From contig CM007991.1 in NCBI GenBank assembly GCA_002189035.1, forward strand, positions 1,860,001-1,924,000: a stretch of DNA of 64,000 nucleotides. The letters run 5' to 3'. The notes beneath the pieces were generated by a model. That model was given only the letters and a program-made list of their open reading frames with translations, made no database searches and had not been told where the DNA came from. This document shows, piece after piece, positions 36,839 through 53,344 of the stretch; within the stretch, counting starts at the first letter, position 1, and every line of letters begins with the position of its first letter. A program made the position numbers and the translations under genes. Source of the stretch: Utricularia gibba (lineage: Eukaryota; Plantae; Magnoliophyta).

Positions 36839-37744
36839 GATTTACCCGATTTCAGGTGCACCACCTTGAGAAAGCAAATACTAGACATTCAAATTAAAGA
36901 AAAAATGACAAAAATCAAAATGAAGAATTCTAACTGCCTGCGCTAATCAATTTCGCACCAAGAAAATCTATGACGATTTACCATTGGTTTTCTAAACCCT
37001 AAGCAGCATACACGACAGCGTCGGAAATGCTAAAACTCGTACATTTATACTACTATGTTCCAAGATTTTCAACAGCATCATAATCTAATCTCAAAAAACT
37101 TTCTCCTTCAAAGAGACAATACAGGAATAGTAAATCAGATGCATGTACTCAAAACTAGCTCACAGGGTCTCCTCTCAGAAACACACAGCATTCTCAACCA
37201 TAAAACCTCCACATCCCCGCTGTCAACCCAAAAATGGAGTGATCAAACATGATGCATGGAAACCGACAGGAATGAAAACGCATCAAATAACTTGCGACTG
37301 AAGAAACAGAAAAGCCGTAAAATCCAACTTGGGATCAATCAAAAGGATCAATGAGCCAGATCCGTTGTGCCGGTGAGTGAGCAGATCGGATCGGGACTAG
37401 CGTGAACGGAGGACGAAGAGCAGTCACCCGCCCGAGAAATGCGAAAGATCAAACAGTACTCACAGCAGCGGCAAAAAAGTCAGTTGACCGAAGAAAGTCC
37501 CACCTGGCTCTGAGAAAGTGAGTAATGGGCGACCGACGATCTCCCTCTCTAACCGTTAATTTTGCCCAAATTGATTTGAGTAAACGCTTTTCTCTTTTCC
37601 TGATAAATACAATTTTAACCCTCATATTTACTATTGCATCCTTGGAGATTTACATGTTTTCAATACTACCCCTACAATTACAAGAATTCAGATTCTCCGT
37701 CCGTACACGCAGAAAAGAACTGCTCATCGTTGAAGACGATCCTT

Positions 37745-38010
37745 TCAAGAGTCGGAGAATTTGGTAGCCGCTTTCGTTCCTTCTGAAACGGCATATTTCA
37801 GAGCTCACGTGGAATCTCATCGAGAAGTAATCCCGGTGGTCTTGTTGTAGCGGGCGTGTCTCGAAGCCTCCTGAGCCAATTTCTCAAAATCGTCACTGAT
37901 ACGGCGCTGTTCATGATAGCTTGGATGAACTTGCTTCAGAGCTTTGAAGATGTAAATCTTCTAGGGTTCGAAGCTCCTCTTGCTTTGTTTCTTCTTTTTG
38001 TCACGGACAA
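37745..38010 (-). pseudogene. H2B: Histone H2B pseudogene
   Basis: The minus strand reads [26 protein letters not shown] / AIMNS / [27 protein letters not shown] / EI / PREL / KYAVSEGTKAATKFSDS*. It has a TAG at 37961-37963, several frameshifts and two multi-codon deletions. Confidence 0.9.
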
Positions 38011-38219
38011 AGGCCCCTGCAGTTTTTGTTCGGACCTCTCTCGAAGCCAATCCATGGCTTCATAGTTCATCGCTGAGATCCTCTTGTATCCCCACTTCTA
38101 GGACTAGGCCTCGAAATCCTCTTGTAATTTCAGGATTCCTTGACACTGATTTGGTATGGGGATGCAGCTTCCATGGCGAACACAATATCATGTGATACAA
38201 CAAGAGTGGATTCTCCACT

Positions 38220-38871
38220 TCAGACTATGACCTCGGACCAACCATTGAGATAGGGATCACCGTTGTGCCTGCAGAACAACTTTGAGTCCTCCACAGCAGC
38301 CTTCTTGTATCTCATGAGCAGGTCTGCATTGAGGTTCCCTTTTCCTTCCACCCATTCCTGCGAACCTAATTCAATCAACTGGGTCACAAGTGCCAGCAGG
38401 AACCCTCACACCATGTTCTTGTACTATGTTTTCTGAAATTGCCATGCCATACGTTGCAACCCACAACAAACCCTTCTGATTCCTGCTTGCAGACTTGGTG
38501 TCTTGCTTGAGACGTTGTAGTTGGTAAAGGATACCAAGCTTGGGCGTCAGGAGATCCATCAAGGCAGCCGACTGGGACAGATAAGAAGATCTGAACGGGA
38601 CAGGACAGCTAAGCTTTGTGACCCTACGGCTGCCTTGATCATACCATACCCTCCGGTCGATGAACAAACGGTGATCATAAGTTTCTGCAATAATTTATGA
38701 TGAACAGCAAGTATCCAAATAGGAATACATCCACGTGCAAGCCCATGAGTAGCCTCAATAATTGAAATAGACATACGAAAAGGAAGAAGATCTCGCCGTA
38801 CTCGAACAATTAACACAAAATACAATAAACAAGAGTCCGTCCGTCAAGATCAGCGGCGTACCTGCCCCCAT
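38220..38871 (-). CDS. Uncharacterised ~160-aa protein (2 exons, one apparent frameshift)
   Basis: ATG GGG GCA G|gtacgc (38871-38862) splices to ttgcag|AAACT (38684). The frame is open to ~38400, and a second frame continues LLALVTQLIELGSQEW...NGWSEVIV* to 38220. Family not recognised. Confidence 0.55.
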
Positions 38872-40250
38872 GGTGCTCTCACCCGGCCCCTACATCCTTC
38901 CCTCCACGACTTCGTGTTGCGCAAATTGCGTATTTAAAATGCCGCTTCTCGGAACTGGCTTCTCTACCGCCGCGCCGCAGCATCCTCTTCCCCAGTCGGT
39001 GTCGCCGCGTCGGAGAAGGTAAAGTAATCGCAAATCCCCTCTGCTTTCGCTTCTTTCTTCAGCCACGGTTACCTGAAAACGGTGGTTAGGGTTCCGATGA
39101 GGCGGTTGATTACCCAATCAGTAATTATGATTTAATTGAAAGTGCGGACCATCTTTGACATTAATCCGCTTCCTTGTCATGGCGTCACGATGCAAGAATG
39201 TTGTTGTCGGGCACAGCAAGAAGGACGAGTTGCTCCTCCGGCGTGCAATTTGTGTTGCATTTCGCATGGTCATTAATAGGATCATAAAGTTCAAAATTGA
39301 CACCAAAGCAAAGTGTGCGCATGCTGGAATTACATCCTTTTTTTAATTACAATTAATCATTAAAATTAATCATTGCACAGGCCAAGCTTGACTCTGTGTT
39401 TATGAGTAATTAAATATTTACTTTCATATTTAACTAATTTAATATTCATTTCATAGACCAAACTTAGCCTTAAATTTAAAACAGTATAGTGTTGACTATT
39501 CTCTTATAATCATTTTTAAAATATTATTAATTATTTTGTATTTTAAAATATAAATATATATATTAATATGTACTGAAAAAGAAAAATTGAGGTGAGAGCA
39601 GTTTAGTTTGTAAGAAGATATAATATATATATTTTTTTCACCTTCACTTCCTCCTAATTTCGTGCTGTGTTTGTTGCCTCAATCCTCTCCCGTTCCGGGA
39701 ATGCTTCTTCGATTTGCTTTTCCTTTTCTTTCAGTTCGATTCTTGGGTGGGGATGGATCTGCGTACGTGAATATATGTATTGTTCTTGGGGGGAAAATGG
39801 CTCGATTTTCTGGAATTTTTTCTTGTTTTCGCGAAGAATAAGGCTCGATAACCACCACGTTTAGTTTTTGTTTTTTTCCGGATCAGTTGTGAACCCCTTG
39901 GTAGGATTCGATTTCTTTTCCATCTTCCGTATTTCTTTTTTGTTTCACTATAATTTCTTGTTATGTGGTTATCTCCTTGAAATGTTCTTATTGGTGGATT
40001 TTGCTTGATCAGGTGGTTTTCTTGGTACAAGTGGCTCAGGGGATAATTGGATTCCTTCTATGATATTTTTTGCATCAAGCTCCGTCTTTTGACTTGTGTT
40101 GTGTTTGGGTTTTGGAAATGTATTTCCTGCGAAGAAATAATAGGTTAAAATGGCTTTTCGATGGTTCTGGTCGGAGTTCCAGTTCTACTACTTTATGTTG
40201 GTGGTGAAGGTTGGTGGTGGAATTGCAAGTTTTTTCAAGGCTTCTCAGGC

Positions 40251-43200
40251 ATGGATGGTGTTGGTCAACAGTTGCAACAGAAGCCTGCGGCTCCGGAGCA
40301 TGATAGTACCTCTGAATTTCGGAGGGGTTATGACGAGTTGATGTGTGGAGATTATGATGATTACTTGTCTTTTGCTTCGTGTAGCTCCCCTAGAACGAGT
40401 ACTACTGAGAATGAAGAGGATGATGGGGAGCAGTTGATTCGGAGGAGGAGATCGGATCTGGATGGAGATGACCTGGCCGAGTCTTCTGCTGCAAGGAGGC
40501 GCCACTCGAGAATTTTGAGCATGTTGGCTGCTGAGCAGGCACAACAAATGATCACTACTATGGAGAGAAGGAATCGTGAGTCAGAGCTGATGGCACTGGC
40601 ACGCTTGCATACGGTTTCAATGCTTGATTCCTCATTCTTGAGTGAATCTCATTCTCCAACTTCTAGACGCCAGGGAAATTTGGAGGGGCTCAGCACTCGG
40701 GCCTCATCTATTCTGCAAATGTGGCGAGAGTTGGAAGATGAGCACCGTGCACGGGAAAGGGTAAGAGAGAGACTAAGGCATCAAAGAAATCCAACTACCA
40801 ACTCAAGAGCATCTGCTGTCATGTCCGAAAGCAGAGAAGGTAATAATCAGAATAATCGGCGTGATGGTAGTGAGATTGGAAGTCATTATTCTACTTGGTC
40901 CCATGATCAGATGCCTGCGCAAGATAGGATTAGGAACAATGAGAATGGGACTCATGAGCAATCTGCTGATCTTGTTGAAGTGGAGAGGGAAAGGGTGAGA
41001 CAAATTGTTCGTGGATGGATGGAGAGTGGTATTGGCGATACTTCCTCTAATGTCATGCAAAGGAACGATAGTCCCAGAGCTGAATGGCTGGGGGAAACAG
41101 AGCGGAGAGGGTCAGGATTGTGAGGGAGTTGATGCAAATGACTAGTCAGCAAAGGGGATCTCGAACTGGACGAAGGGATTCACGGAACACAGAACCTGTT
41201 ACTCGTGCTGATAATGCCGTTCAAGACTCTGCTGCTAACCATGTTGAACACCAACCAGCACGTGCACATAGAGATGTGTTGAGGTTGAGAGGGCGGCAAG
41301 CCATGCGTGATCTTCTTGTTAGAAATGAAAGGGAAAGACATCTTGAACTTCAGAGCCTACTTGAGTATCGTGCAGTTTCTGGTTTTGCTCACCGCAATCG
41401 TATTCAGGTGATCTAAACTAGTTTATGCAAGTGCAAGTTGACAAGACTTATCATTGCCTTGATCATCAAACACATTTAATCGATTGCTATTATTTACTTT
41501 TTGAGTGCTCTTATGACCAATGTTACCAGCAGAAATTTCAGGACTACCTTGGAAATATATTAAGCAAGAACTAGTTATAGCTCATTTATTTGAGTGTTAC
41601 AAGATTATTATTAATGTTGTCATTGCTCTTTTCATTGGCCTCATTTTCCATGTTTACTTTTTTCTTCATATTTTAATGATCTTGATTTCTCTGCCTTGAA
41701 GTTGCAAGAGTTATTTTTTTCATGATCACTTATCTTAGGCAGTTTACCTCCACAACATAGCTTATTAGTAGTCTATCATACCTGCCTCTACCATCACGTT
41801 TGAACATCATTTTTGAAATCAAACGTAATTTACTTTTTTAAAATCTTTATGTTATTCGCTTTATTTTTTTAGGGATTGTAAATCGTATCGTTTGATTTTT
41901 CAGTCACTACTTAGGGGAAGATTTTTGAGAAATGACAGACCTACTGAGGAAGAGAGATTACCTTCAACAACGGCGAGTGAGTTAAATCTGTTGAGACAGG
42001 GACAGACAGTATCTGAACTGAGGTATCATTTAGTCCACATTTTCACTGGCAACTCTTGTCTGCTTTGAAATTTTTTACTTAGGACTCTTCTGCTGAGCAT
42101 GTGTAAAATGTCTTCTTTTTTAGCTTCTTTAAAGTCAATTATTTCACTGAAATTACCTTAAATGTTCTGTAATTTTTTTTATTCAGAGAAGGATTCCGCC
42201 TCAATTCTGACAATGTTCTCCATGGGGAAGTAAATGACCACTCTGAAATTTCACCTAATAGTGACAATGAAGATTCTGAAAATCAGCCAACTAACACAGT
42301 TGTATCACATGAGGTTCTCAATGATGGTTTTTTTGAGGAGACTCGTATTCAATCACAGGATCAGATTGATACTATTGATGGAAATATGAATGTTAATATT
42401 GCAACTCAAGATTCTGGCCCTCATGAACAAGCAAATTTTCATCGGCATATGGCTGAAACCGAGGGGGACAGACCACAACCAACTCCTAATGAATCAGTTC
42501 GTGAATGGCCCTTTGAAGCATTTGCTATTGATGCTACAGCAAGAGATCAGTCTCATCAAGCTGATCAAGTTCGGCGTGAGGATAGAACACAGGAAGTTAT
42601 GACAGATAATTGGTCAGAAGGCCCTCTGGATCCTCCTAGAATTCGAAGATCTGTTCCACATAGAAGACTCACGAGATTCCACCCACCTGATGATGATAAT
42701 GTGTACAGCATGGAGCTCAGGGAGCTCCTAAGCAGGTCAGCGTCTTTTTTTTATGCTACCAGCATTCATTTTTTTTTTTAATTTTCTTTCAACCGACACA
42801 CATCTTGTGCTATAGGAGAAGTGTCTCAAATCTTCTTCGTAGTGGTTTCCGTGAGAGCCTAGATCAGCTTATTCAGTCATATGCGGAAAGACGAGGAAGG
42901 GCTAACATTGATTGGGATCTCCATCGAAACTTGCCTCTTCCTGTAGCTCAAAGAGACCAGGATCGGCAGAGGGTTGAGCCAAGTGAAGATCAACGTGATG
43001 CTCCTGAAGGAGCTTCATTGGTGTTGCCAACACCTCCAGTGCCACCATCACGACCCCTTTGGCATCATGAGCTGCATCACTCTGCTTGGGCTCATCACAA
43101 TCATCGCCTGGAAGTTGTAAGTCAGCATCTCAACAGGAGAAGCAACTTACTTTTTAACTTGAATTGGGAAAGTGGTTTTTTAAATTTGGACTCTTCTGCA

Positions 43201-43972
43201 TCATGGATCTGGGTATTGTTTCATGTTTTCTCCGAAAGTGTTTTAATCCGTGGTAATATTTCTACGTTCAGTTGTAGAATGGGTTTATGATCATCTGAAG
43301 TATCTCACACGCATTAAATTGTTTATTTTTAGGATTAGTAGGTTCATTCCATAGATCTCCTTGTATGATGATCTGTTCAGCTGAAATTTCTTGCCGAAAT
43401 TTTGTAGGACTGGGAAGTGATTAATGACTTAAGAACTGATGTAGCGAAGATTCAACAAGGCATGAATCACATGCAGAGGATGTTGGAGGCTTGTATGGAC
43501 ATGCAGCTGGAGCTCCAACGCTCGGTCAGACAGGAAGTTTCCGCTGCTCTTAATCGTTCAACTGGTGCACGTGGTAAGATCCTCATGCTATCATGTCATT
43601 CCACAATATACCGCCTGCTAATCCTGCGCATCAATTTTTCTAAGCCAAAAAATGTGTCGTCACTGTTATTTGTCATAGGGTCTGCTGAGACGTCAGAAGA
43701 TGGATCGAAATGGTGTGAGGTTAGGAAGGGAATCTGCTGTGTTTGCTGTGATAACCAAATTGATGCCCTGTTGTACAGGTCTGTCAGTCAACCTGATTTC
43801 CTCTTGTTTGAGTTTCTGTTTCAACTTTTTATCTTCTCTGTCCGTTTCTCTCAGATGTGGGCACATGTGCACTTGCTCAAAGTGCGCGAATGAGCTGGTC
43901 CGTGGAGGGGGAAAATGCCCGCTGTGTCGAGCACCAATCGTGGAGGTGATTAGAGCTTACTCCATACTGTAA
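40251..43972 (+). CDS. C3HC4 RING E3 ligase, At5g04460/At2g27950-like
   Basis: [17 protein letters not shown]...[123 protein letters not shown]...CPLCRAPI. Apparent 1-nt deletion at ~41105. Confidence 0.9.
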
Positions 43973-44343
43973 AAAGCTAGTTACATAGAAAAAGCATTGA
44001 ATAAGCAGTTGCTGTGGTACGGAGTCGCTGAGAGATGGTGGAGCTGTGGATCGTTTGTTCTGTGGGGGCTCCCCGGACTTGTCGGGTTATATATAGCTTT
44101 AGTAGTCATCAGTCTCTGTTTTCCCTAATCCTGACTATAAATTAAACTGGCTTGTTTGGAAACAAATGGCTACTGCTAACTGTTACCCTCATTCATTGGT
44201 AAATATTAATGTAGCATGTATTCTTTATGGGCCATTTTATGCTTGTTGTTTTGTCAAAGAATACCATGCTTTCCTTTCCATGAATTTCAAGTGAAAACTG
44301 AAGTCTCAAATACATTGTGGCTATCTACAGACACCTGCATCTG

Positions 44344-46113
44344 CTAAAGAGAGCAAGTCTCTACTTGAGAAGAATATACTTTTCTCCTCATGCTCTTCCA
44401 GTACTCCACTGCCCTAGGATGAGAATTTACATGACTCATAAAAAATCTTTTGTCAGAGGTTGACAGGAGAGTGCTTAATGCCAACTTCTCATCCACCATT
44501 CCTCTTTCTTTGAGCCATTTAAACATTTCGAGTCTAATCTTCACTCTTTCAACTGCGTATGAGATGATCCTGGGATGTGTAAGAATGTCAGACAGAGAGT
44601 ACCCCAATTCATTAACAAAGAAGTTGATCTTTTTCTCTATAACTTCCTTGGACTGGTTCAAAATCTGAGGAGTTGATTTCACAATCTGTACTGCTTCCTC
44701 TCGACTCAAACCCATCCTTGTGAGAGAATGGAATCGTTCATGAAGCTCCAATCCGTTGCCTCTGAGTTTTCTCAACGCCAACTCCATTTCTTTCGAGTTC
44801 TGCTCGATGCCTACGCTCAGTAAAAACTCGGTTTTCATTGTTCTTACCCTTAAACTCCTCTTTTCTTCCTGTATTGGTTGCACTCTTACATGAAGAACCC
44901 AGGTCTTTAACACCTCCGGATTTTCCCTGACAATTTTACACACCCTTTCCTTGCCACAGTTAAGGAGAGTCAGTAAACTATTCATAGTTTTCAACTCACA
45001 TGACCCCAAAATCACTGAGTGCTTACGAACAATGTTACCAACATCTGGGATTGCCATTCCAATTTCACCAAGGAACTTGTAGCAGTTACGCATATTAGTG
45101 GCGAATTTTGAGACTGATACGTTTGGAAAATGAAGAAGTGCATTTTGGGTATCTTCCAATCTGCACCCAAGCTTCAATAAGAATCCAATAAATGAGAATG
45201 TAGCCTGCCCAGAGAGCTCAAGTAAAAGGCAGGGATGCTTCATATACACTTTCTTTTGAATGCCCTTACTCAAACCCAAATCACTTAAGAATGACATAAG
45301 ATCAAGGATATGCTCCCAATTGTACGAATCATCTACTGAGATATGCTTCTCTAGCCAGCCGTTTTCAATTCCTAATGTCTCCAATCTGTTGAGTAGCTCA
45401 ACGAGCTCCTGATTCATCTTCCCTGTCAAGAGATATGGACTTGAAGCAATAAGTTTAATGATGAGAGACTGCTTCAACTCCAAGTTCTTGAAAAATTGAA
45501 GCTTTGAATTTAAAACACCATGTTGAAAATGAAAAACCTCCGCGGCTTCTCTATATATCTTCCCAATTCTATTTCTGGGAACACCATAATCACAAAGAAC
45601 ATGGTAGTTATTCAACAGCAATTGATCTTCATTTAAGAACATCAAATTTCGAGGAAGATAGCAAAAGTATTCAGACGGCTCCAGGCCTATACTCTCAAAA
45701 AAGGGCTCAAACTCATTCACAGGGTGGTATCTCAAGAACCGGGTCAATGCACTGCCAATTCTGTCATCTTTCACAACAACTCTTTTTGTCAAGGAATCAA
45801 AAAATTCTGGAGCATTTTTGCTCATATTCTCAGCATCCAAAAACTGCAAACCCCTAGTTGAATGGAAGTACTCCAATAGAGCAGACTGAGCTTCATTTCT
45901 CGCGATTCGGGATCTCTTAGCAAGCTCACAGAGAGTTCCATCACTCCTCAGATTAGTAGCACTTCCAGAGGCAGAAAATCTTGCCCTTTGTGAGTAATAG
46001 TACGAAGCATCAAGAAAAGTAGATGATTTTGAAAATGAGGAATCACTACAGCCACATGCTATAGAAAGCTTCCTCAGTACATGAGTAATTCTGAATATTT
46101 GCACACCATTCAT
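44344..46113 (-). CDS. mTERF-family organellar protein (SHOT1/mTERF18-related subgroup), single exon
   Basis: Uninterrupted 589-aa ORF with an N-terminal targeting peptide. Motifs AQSALLEYFHSTRGL, RFLRYHPVNEFEPFFESIGL, LRGNGLELHERF and PQILNQSKEVIEKKINF. Confidence 0.88.
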   Translation of the reverse strand: MNGVQIFRITHVLRKLSIACGCSDSSFSKSSTFLDASYYYSQRARFSASGSATNLRSDGTLCELAKRSRIARNEAQSALLEYFHSTRGLQFLDAENMSKNAPEFFDSLTKRVVVKDDRIGSALTRFLRYHPVNEFEPFFESIGLEPSEYFCYLPRNLMFLNEDQLLLNNYHVLCDYGVPRNRIGKIYREAAEVFHFQHGVLNSKLQFFKNLELKQSLIIKLIASSPYLLTGKMNQELVELLNRLETLGIENGWLEKHISVDDSYNWEHILDLMSFLSDLGLSKGIQKKVYMKHPCLLLELSGQATFSFIGFLLKLGCRLEDTQNALLHFPNVSVSKFATNMRNCYKFLGEIGMAIPDVGNIVRKHSVILGSCELKTMNSLLTLLNCGKERVCKIVRENPEVLKTWVLHVRVQPIQEEKRSLRVRTMKTEFLLSVGIEQNSKEMELALRKLRGNGLELHERFHSLTRMGLSREEAVQIVKSTPQILNQSKEVIEKKINFFVNELGYSLSDILTHPRIISYAVERVKIRLEMFKWLKERGMVDEKLALSTLLSTSDKRFFMSHVNSHPRAVEYWKSMRRKVYSSQVETCSL

Positions 46114-46734
46114 GGATCAGCGTCTTCACAAAAGCGGACGAAAAAAAGCAAAAGGCAGAAATCAGAAACCGAATTCAATCATCCCTAACCCCATATTGGA
46201 TGGGAGTCCGGTGACGCTTCTGGCCGCGTGTTGTTCCTGAGCGACGCTGCTGACGGGAAGCGCAATGTTTTCCACTTTCCAGATCAGAGCTGGGCTTCCC
46301 TTTGCTTCAATGGGCCTATTACAAGCATCCTAGTGGGCCTATTTTCGAAATTCCCATCAACAAAAATAAATAATTATTCCACGTCGGTTTTTAAGATAAT
46401 TTAATAGACCCTATTTCGTACTTCACCTTTCGTCTGGAACTCGGTGTTCTCCAGCGAGGGCCGCCTGAACTCCGGCAAGCTACGGCGACGGCTGGGCAAG
46501 ACGCACTTATAGTCGGCCTGTCGCGCCGCCGTCTTTCTTTGTCTCTCCAAACAATGGAAGGATCTTGGGTTCCAGACATTCGGTGGGGATCTCGATCATG
46601 TAGGAGACGTATGCGAGCGAGCGACCACGGCGAAGACGACGATGAAGAAGAACTAACAGTAAGTAAGTATTTCAATTGCTAGGTTAAAATGTGGATAGAC
46701 GACAGGGAAGGCGGCAGCCGAGACTGCAATGGAA

Positions 46735-50225
<3,491 letters not shown>

Positions 50226-50633
50226 CCCTACGGACTAAAGCAATGGTAGTGGTGAAGAAGTGGTGGGACCGTCTGATTCCGACTCGGAAGACGGTGCCTT
50301 CCACACCCCTCCGAGATCATTGAACCCAATTTGCATTTCATTGAACCTTAAATATATGAATTTTAGGGCAGAGTAACGTCACAAGTGATCGGATTGGTGA
50401 AGGCAATCTCGACACGGCTGGTTCAACCGCACACTTTCGGCACTGTTTCTCGGTGGTGAGAATGAAGAGGGTGGAGAAATTACAGACAATTCTTGGTCCT
50501 TGCAAAATTTGGGTTCAGAAAACCCGGTGTTCGGATGAACTTGAAATCGGGACCAGGAAACGAAAATGTAATCAATGGCAATCGGTCAATTTAAGTATAT
50601 TGTTATCCAGCGAACAAGGAGGCAATCGGCTAA

Positions 50634-52212
50634 TCAATCATCACCACCATCTAAAGATTCTGTATCTGATCGCCGGCCAAACTCATCATGGACGTTGTTT
50701 CCCTGCTGAGAAATCACAGAGTGAAGTTGGATGTAGCAGACGGTGTGAAAAAAAACATGAACAGATAAAAAATATACCGGCTGTATCTTGTCCCAGTCTT
50801 TCGATCTTGGATTTGTTAGCATGAAGTTATCACGCATAGGTGCCCAGATTGAGGCTGCTCCATCACCAGAGCCACTGGGTGCGCTTACCTGTAAACATGG
50901 CATGGTTGATTAGCCAGAGAAATGCAGAAAAAGGATAGGCTGACACGAGAAATTTGGGGAAACTCGGGACCAACCCCAGCAGGTAAGGATGGTCTCTTCC
51001 CAAGCTCTGAAAAAAAGGCTTCCTTCCTTCGTTTCTTCAATACTGGCGAATCCAGAGGGATAACATTCATTGAGTTTAAAATGGTATAGTATCGTAACTC
51101 CTAGACTAACTTCAAAACAAACAGTTATTCAAGACAACTGAACTCAAAACATGGCTAAGACATGAACCTTTTACGTCTTTTGATCTTGATGGATTTAAAC
51201 CTTTCTGAGCACTTTGGGCCTTGTTTACCTGTATGAATAGAAACACAGTTTCGAAGTTGGAAAGGTGGCTTTGAAAAAGAGACTGAAAAAAAATAGAGAG
51301 AATGACCACTTACAGCATTGAACAACTTGACCACTGATGGTTGCCAAGTGCAGATAAAGAGAAACAAGATCAGTCATTTCAAAAAAATATATACATGAAG
51401 CAAGGCGTTGTCACACAAAAAAAACAACACCATACCTCCCTTGGTCGCCACTCCCAAAAGAAACTTTTCATGTGCAGTAACGTAGTTTTCTGGCTTCACA
51501 TGCCCCCTCTCCGAAACCTTTTAATCGAACGAATCAAGCAAAGAAATGAATCAACTACTCTAGACGCTAGTTATAAAGATAAATGTGAAGCAGCTATGAA
51601 TTCTAAGCATCCAATAAGGTACCAATATCTTTTCCTTCTTTGCCTCTCCCTTGAATTTCTTTTCTGCTTCTTCTTGCCCAAGCTTCTCAGCTATAAGCTT
51701 CCTTTGAGATGACAAAACAGGTCCCTGCGATACACCATTTTTTAATCACATTCTGCAGTGAATTTCTCACACATTCTAAAGTGATTGTACACATTTCAGA
51801 AACACCTACGCATCACAGAGGCAAACTAAAAAGCTTGGAACATAGAGCATACCAGTACATCCTCCATATCAGAAGTCTTCCCAACAATTTTCTTAAATGC
51901 TAATCTAAAAGCATTGATTCCTTCGGTAAATTTCATGATACCAGGTTGAATACCGCCATCTTCATCATCAGAACCGTCCTGAGGCTCAAACCCCTGGTTC
52001 CCTTCCTCGTCGTCATCAGAAAATTGACTCGGAGAAGCATCTCGCGTTTCCCTGATCTTCTTCACACCAACAGATCGCACATTCTTCTCATCCTCCACAT
52101 CGTCATCTGAATTGTACTGCCTTGCCCTTTTCTTGAACAACCTTTTCATCCTCCTGTCAACCTTAACCTTCTCCCCTTCCTGAGGCACAACTCTTCTCAC
52201 TTTTTTCCCCAT
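50634..52212 (-). CDS. RRP15: rRNA-processing protein RRP15-like
   Basis: Basic/acidic N-terminus, AFRLAFKKI, GPVLSS, GHVKP...HEKFLLGVATKG-VVKLFNA-VNKAQ, WAPMRDNFML...KDWDK. Stop at 50634-50636. Confidence 0.88.
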
Positions 52213-52641
52213 ATCTCCCCGTAACCCTGCCCACTATCACCTCTACCCTTCTACAATTTTAAAACCCACCCCGAGAAAACAGAAGATAAACCGTCAGTAA
52301 ACTCCTCCGAATTTAACAAGGCATCTTACAAAAGAAATATTCTTCAAAGACCGAAGCTTGGCGGGTTTAAGAAATTCGCCCACCGTTGAAGCGGCGGCGC
52401 GAACGGCGGAAAGAAGAGAAAGAAACCTTGGGGGCGATCGAGCAACAGCCGCCGACGGATTCACGTTCAAACCCATTATTTTAGGTCCGAATATAATAAA
52501 CCCAATATCGTAGGCCCAGATACATTAAGCCCATAATAGAGCATTGCTAAAAATGGTTTTATTATTTAATACTAATTTGCGTAAAGAGAAGGTTTTAGTT
52601 GAACTGAAAATCATCAAAGGCATAGAAATCATACTAAATCA

Positions 52642-52864
52642 GTGTTCCGGAATATTTCTGGATACTATTTCTACTTTTGAAATAACAAAAATAATTTTTA
52701 TACGGAACACAATTAATTTCTATTTTTAATTATAGTAGAAATATTTCTAAAATTAAGTTATACGAACAGTAAAAATTAAAAATAACAAGAGTCCTACTTC
52801 ATTTATATTTCTACTTTATATTTTTAGGGAAATAGAAATACTCCGGAGAAATATTCCGGAACAC
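52642..52864. mobile_element. MITE-like element, 223 bp, 18-bp perfect terminal inverted repeats (possibly Tourist/PIF-Harbinger)
   Basis: GTGTTCCGGAATATTTCT (52642-52659) is the exact reverse complement of AGAAATATTCCGGAACAC (52847-52864). The interior is AT-rich and non-coding. TAA and TTA lie just outside the ends, but a clean target-site duplication is not evident. Confidence 0.75.
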
Positions 52865-53344
52865 AGCTTAAGATTTAGTGGGCAAAATATGTACCAACAC
52901 AAGAACGTGAAAGGCACCCTGCGGCATAGTTTCTTCCCTTAGTCTGGTAAGTTGATGCTGTTCTTTGTTTACCTGATCAGACTATTGGCTTTTGTTGAAC
53001 CAAACACTCTGTTATGCTTATGAGATTGTCTGCCAAATACATATCAATGCTTCCAATAAAGCAAGGCATTGTTGAAGATGCTTTTCACATCCTATTAGCA
53101 TAAAAATCACTCACTTTTTCTCAGGAGGAAAATATTGTCATCCAGTTGTTATTTCAACATGTCGGTAAGAGCATACCGACTTATTTTATCAGGAATGAAA
53201 CATACAAGAGGCTACAAGTGCATCTTCATGCTTTTTGGAATGCAGTACATTCGAGGCCGCTTACAGCTCACTGATGCTGTCAGGCACCATCTTCAGCATC
53301 AGAGACGTCAAGGTGAGCTGAGGGAGAACACATCAACCGTTATA

